Assembly: GCF_009914755.1 (NCBI RefSeq)
Contig: NC_060933.1
Strand: one strand, 5' to 3'
DNA length: 64,000 nucleotides
From: the human T2T-CHM13v2.0 reference genome, Homo sapiens
The position numbers and the translations under genes are program-made. The notes beneath the pieces were generated by a model. The model was not told the DNA's origin, searched no databases, and saw only the letters and a program-made list of their open reading frames with translations. Below, piece by piece: positions 59,396-64,000 of the stretch. Every line of letters begins with the position of its first letter. Position 1 is the stretch's first letter.

Positions 59396-59449
59396 TGTGT
59401 GTGTGTGTGTGTGTGTGTGATTGATATATATATATATATATATATATAT
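59396..59449. repeat. Compound (TG)12-(AT)13 microsatellite
   Basis: Direct read. Confidence 0.95.
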
Positions 59450-60021
59450 CTTCCTAGAATATATGTGTACATTTTTTAGGCCAAATATATTTCTACTTTT
59501 TTCCCCTAAGAGGGCTTTTCAGCGGCCCCTCCGTGCTGAGCTAGACAAGAGGCTGTGTCCCAGCGTCACAGCCCTTGTCTTCTCCTAGCCTCCCTGCCTG
59601 AGAGCAGAACGGCTGCCGCTTACCTTGAGAAAGTAACAGCTGCCGAGTCTGGAAGCCATGCTAACAGCAGTAAAACTCAGCATTTTTGCTGAGTAGGGCA
59701 AGCCTTTAAGAGGCAGCTGGGAATCAAATCAATGGCTGGCCCCAGAGCCCAAGCCCAACAGTACCAAGCCAGGGTGGCCAAGGGACCTACCTAAAGAGCC
59801 TCCCAGGAGATGGAGGAAAGAAGAAAGAGGGCCTTGACCCAAACTACCTTCCTGGCTGAGATTCCTCCACCGCCCCCCTGCCCTTGGCAGTATTTTGGAG
59901 CCAAGTGAGAGACGCGAGGTGCAAACCGACAGCAGTTTAAGTCAATTACTGCCACATTCTGTCATGGGTTCCACACTCACAGCCCCTTTTCAAATTGTAG
60001 ATCTCCCTCAGTACTGAAACA

Positions 60022-60092
60022 CTCTCTCTCTCTGTCTCCCTCTCTCTCGCTCTTGCTCTCTCTCTCTCCCTCTCCACCTCTCTGCCTTCTCT
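60022..60092. repeat. (CT)n-rich low-complexity tract
   Basis: ctctctctctctgtctccctctctctcgctcttgctctc... Confidence 0.9.
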
Positions 60093-60849
60093 CAATATCC
60101 CCCTAACTCCAGGGGAGCCATGGAGAGGCATATTTAGGGAGAGACTCTCTGGGGGCTTCCCCGCCTGAAATGGGGAAAGAAAGACGAATCTGTCTTAGGA
60201 AAGTGCCCCATCCATCTCCTTCCATATCATCCACAGCCGCCCCAGATGAAATTTCCTCTGAGACCCTTTGCAACTGTGATGGATGAGCAAGTCCCCGAGG
60301 ACGCTTTCTCCTTTCCCCTGAGGGGGATCCATGCAAACTTGCCAGATCCTCCCCAAAACCAACAGAAGCCGGAGGGGCTCTGTTGATTGCAAACGGGGAT
60401 GCAGGGTAAATCCCTATCCCAGACTTTCCAAGCCCCAGATAAGGAGCCCACCGCTGACTTCCCCCTTTCTCTGTCACCCACTATCCAGTGTCTCCAAATT
60501 CCCATCAGAATCTTGGAGTCTGCCCAGTGTAGAATTTAAAGTGACAGCGTCTCATTTGCCTCGGGGGTTGGCCATGTCTCTTTCATATTAAGCTGTGGGT
60601 CCCAGTGTAGCAGGATTCCACCGTTTGGAGGAATTTTCCTTCAAGCGTACCAACATTGGGCTAAATAAGGTGCCATCTACAGCCCCATAATCCTCCCCAA
60701 ACCCCAAGCCCAGAGCCCCAAGAGGAAGTCCACAGCGGGTTTCCCGGTGACTACGTGATCCTATAGTAAGGGTCCCATTCCGTGTAAGCTGGAGAGACCT
60801 AATTAAAAAGACACACGAGGGCACACATACAAACACATACGTACAAACA

Positions 60850-62200
60850 TGCACACACACATCGCGCCGTAAGTAGGTTATAGGACCTCTCTCTCTTCAC
60901 CCCTCCCTTACACACACGGACACACACACACACCACGAACACACGCATCAAACGCAAACGACGCCGCACACGCAAACACACTAGCACCACATCAAGTTCC
61001 CACCATGGTGCACACGTCGGGAGCGCGCGGGGACACACACGCCACTCACTCAAACCCGCAATTAGCCCTTTGAGCCCCAGGCACAGGAACCCCCTCCCTA
61101 GAACTGGAGAAGACTTGGAGGCGGCGGGGCGGCCAGGTGAAGAGCGGACAAGGGTGCCGGTAGGGGGAGGGGCAGAGGAGCGCGGGGACGCCCCGAATGC
61201 GGCCCGGGGCCGGGTCCAAGGGCAGCGGGGCTGCGGGGCGCTGCACCCGGCGCCGCCTTACCTGGAGTCAATGTCCGTCTTTGGCGGAGAGCTGCGGGCG
61301 GACGCTTTTTATTCGGCTCGGTGGGAACTTGGGAGAGCCCTGCGTCCAGCTCGCATTCCGGGCACGGCGCGGGGACTGCAGGCGTGGGGGTACCTGGCTC
61401 CTAGCAGCCTGGCTCATACTCAGCCGTAAAGTCCCCTTCGCTGGTCCCGAGGACAGGCATGAATCCCGGCTCCGGAAGGCGGTCACTACTCCCTCTGCCT
61501 CCCGGCTCTCTCGCTCTCGCTCTCGCTGTTGCTCGCTCGCTCTCTCCCTCTCTCGCGGGTTCGCTCGCCTGCGCTCTCCTCCTCCCCGCGCGCCAGATCA
61601 GTTTGCAGCCGTGGGGTCCGGGAGCGAGGCGGCTGGCGAATGGAGAGGGAAGTCCAAGTGCGCCGCGGTCTCCGGGCGGGGAGCGGCGGAGGCCGGGCTA
61701 CGCCGGGGGAGGGACTTAGCCGGCGACGGCCGAAAATGAATGGGGGAGCGGCGGCCGGGGGGCGGGGAGGGAGGAGCTGAACGCCGGGGTTGCTTCCGAG
61801 GAGTGTTTTGTACATCTTTAGGCGGAGGAGGAGGAGAAGCGAGAGGAGGAGAGACGGGAGGCCGCCTCGAGGGAAGGGCGGCCCGGGTGGGCTGGGGCTG
61901 AGCCGTAGGGAGTTTCGTGGGTCTGGGGCGTGTAGGGTGTTGTGTCTATGCGCACGAGCATCCAAAGGGACCGCGCATACGCGCAAACCCGGAATCCTGG
62001 TGCCCTTAAGCGTGACTGTACTGTGTGTGTCGCGAGTACCTGAGTGTTTCTGGGGCGGCAGGTGTTTCCACGGCCGCGTGGATCCATCGAGTGTGGGTTT
62101 TGTCTCGGGAGTTGCCCGTGTGGGTCCGTTTGTGTCTGCGCGTCTCTCTGTGAGTGTTTGACACTGTTTGTTTCTCTCGGTGTGTAGGCGAGAGCCCACG
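60850..62200. promoter_or_regulatory. CpG island / TATA-less promoter of BRINP1 with GC boxes
   Basis: Abrupt rise in GC content and CpG density relative to the CpG-depleted flanks; GGGCGGGG boxes at ~61674-61681 and ~61760-61767. Confidence 0.92.
61262..61641 (-). other. BRINP1: BRINP1 non-coding exon 1 (TSS approximate)
   Basis: Donor CCAG|GTAAGG at 61262/61261 inside the CpG island; GA-rich leader; Inr-like CTCC-A-TTC at ~61641. The 5' end is inferred. Confidence 0.85.
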
Positions 62201-62639
62201 TAACCTCCCAGAATGAAGCAAGAGCTTCTCTACGTAGGCAGGATGTAGGAGGGAGAAGCTGAGGGGACACGAAGTTCTCTGGAGACCACCAGAGGCGGGG
62301 AAGGGGCGAGGGTACAGGGACTAAGACATGAAAATAAAAAGCAAAATACTCTGCAATCAGCCTGAATGCAGGCTGGGGCTGCTAACATAGGGCCTCTTCC
62401 TGAAGCAGAAAATAAAGCCCTCGTATGATAATTCCCACACAGCGCACATTTGGTATGTTTGTTTACTTTGCTTCCCTTCTGATTTAAACCAAATCAGCAA
62501 TGCAGATCCCTAGTCCCCTGAAGATTAGGCAAGAATAGAAAGCATTAAGGCTACCAGATGGAGGGGCAGGAAGTCATAGGAAAAGGTGTTGGAATATGTA
62601 AAAGAGCCAGATTCAGTAGAAGTGCAGGCTCCAGAGAGG

Positions 62640-62880
62640 TTGGAGTCCTGTAGCTGTCTGGTCTTGGTGAAATCACTTACCCCTTAAGCCTCAATTCCTT
62701 GTCTGTTTAATAGAATAATAATATATCTACCCATCTAATAGGGTTGATGTGGAATTGTAATGAGTTAATATATGCAAAGGCACTTAGACTGCTCATGAGT
62801 TAATGTATGCAAAGGCACTTAGACTGCTCCCTGACACCTAGTGAGTGCTCAGTGCATGTTGTCTGCTTTTATGATTGCCA
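62640..62880 (+). mobile_element. MIR with internal 35-bp tandem duplication
   Basis: MIR core AATCACTTACCCCT.AAGCCTCAATT...TGAGTTAATATATGCAAAG; duplicated 62760-62829. Confidence 0.75.
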
Positions 62881-63211
62881 TTGTATGTTTTTTGTTTGTT
62901 TTTTAATTCAAAGGATGATAAGAGAGAGATGTGACCACCAGGGAGGCCTAGAACAATCTAGGAGCCAGTGAACTAATTGGAGGAAGAGGAGTCTTGAAAC
63001 AAAATGGAAGAGAAATGTTTGAGTGATGAACTGGGAACTCGGGAAAAATTATTTAATCGACAAAGAGAAAGGGAGAAAGAGAGGAGAAGACATCGAGCTA
63101 GCCAGAATGATCCTGGGTCTCAGAAGGTCAGGACTGAGGGGAGAGGAAAGGGAGAGGAGGAGCAGCCAGTGCAGAGCTTCTCAGCCTTCACTGGAATCCC
63201 AATGAGGAGGA

Positions 63212-63232
63212 GTCAGCACCACGGACAGCTCT
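63212..63232 (+). promoter_or_regulatory. RE1/NRSE (REST binding site)
   Basis: GTCAGCACCACGGACAGCTCT versus consensus TTCAGCACCACGGACAGCGCC (18/21, both half sites intact). Confidence 0.9.
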
Positions 63233-64000
63233 CCAGCCACAAACCCAGTCAGCGATTTCTATTTTCGCCTGGTGGAAATTTCTCCCTTTTTTCTTGGGCA
63301 ACTTTCTCTTTCCCTTGGCTTCTGGTCCAGGTTCAGGTCTTGAACACAGGTTCCCCAGGTCAGTTCTGACTTTGATTCTGACCACGAAGAAATACGCCCA
63401 CCACACACACTCCTTCTCCCACCCACCGCGGTATGAAACCCCAGGTCACTATCTCTTGCCTCTCCTCCTTTCTTTCTTTTCTCTCTCTCTCTTTCTGTCT
63501 GTGCCCCATTCCTTCCTTTATTCGTCCCTATCTTTCTCTTTGTTTCCCCATCATCCCCCAGCTGAGATCTACTTCCATGACTGTTAGTAGGCAACAGCTG
63601 CCCTGCTGATAATGCAGTTCTGAAATCAATCTGAGACAACGTAGTCAGGCAACTTCAGGTGAAGACCAAAGTTCTGACTGATTCTTCTTAACCCTTTCCT
63701 TGTAATCAATCTCCCAAGATGGGTTGTGGTCTACATACCTTAGAAAGTGGGGACTTAATGCTTTGGAATACTGTCCAGTCTTTCTCTTCCTCACCCCACC
63801 CAGTCAATATTTCCCTAAAGAAAAAAAGAGCTCTTCTAGTTCCAACCAATACTACACAGAGAGAAAGAGGAGAGAGAATTTTGAACTTTTACCGTGCACC
63901 AAGCATTTTATTTGCAATGTTCTGAATATTATTGCTTACAGTTCTGAAAATACTTTGCAGTATGAATAGATAATACTATCCCATCTTTATGGCATAGGAA

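Noticed and set aside
59520-59541. Second RE1-like site (CTCAGCACGGAGGGGCCGCT on the minus strand)
   Set aside because: Only the left half-site matches; the GGACAG half is absent.
61262-61641. Initial guess that the CpG-island exon belonged to DAB1
   Set aside because: The downstream exon at 5618-5351 encodes the BRINP1 N-terminus on the same strand with matching splice sites.
61070-62270. Long ORFs over the CpG island (237, 180, 150, 123 aa)
   Set aside because: Stop-poor GC-rich sequence, overlapping on both strands, low-complexity R/G/P/S composition and no recognisable domain.

Overview
Primate (almost certainly human) genomic DNA containing the 5' end of BRINP1 (DBC1/DBCCR1/FAM5A, a neuronal MACPF-family gene) on the minus strand. 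It comprises a CpG-island promoter and non-coding exon 1 (~61640->61262), a ~55.6 kb intron 1, exon 2 (5618->5351; 50 nt UTR plus 218 coding nt, [21 protein letters not shown]...RYKIYR) and the first ~5.3 kb of intron 2. A near-consensus REST/RE1 silencer lies ~1.6 kb upstream. The rest is mostly interspersed repeats: about 20 Alus, a near full-length Tigger1, MER elements, an MLT1 LTR, L1 fragments and many MIR/L2 relics. No other protein-coding gene, RNA gene or CRISPR array is supported, and I found no wholly new gene system. The most interesting signals are regulatory: five upstream AUGs with stop-start overlaps, a candidate recursive-splice/alternative 5' exon at 59790->59624, a 115-nt AG-exclusion zone before exon 2, a mirror-symmetric promoter, an L2-derived 44-bp minisatellite and a three-arm chimeric Alu. 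Repeat subfamily names come from remembered consensus sequences, and boundaries of old repeats are approximate.
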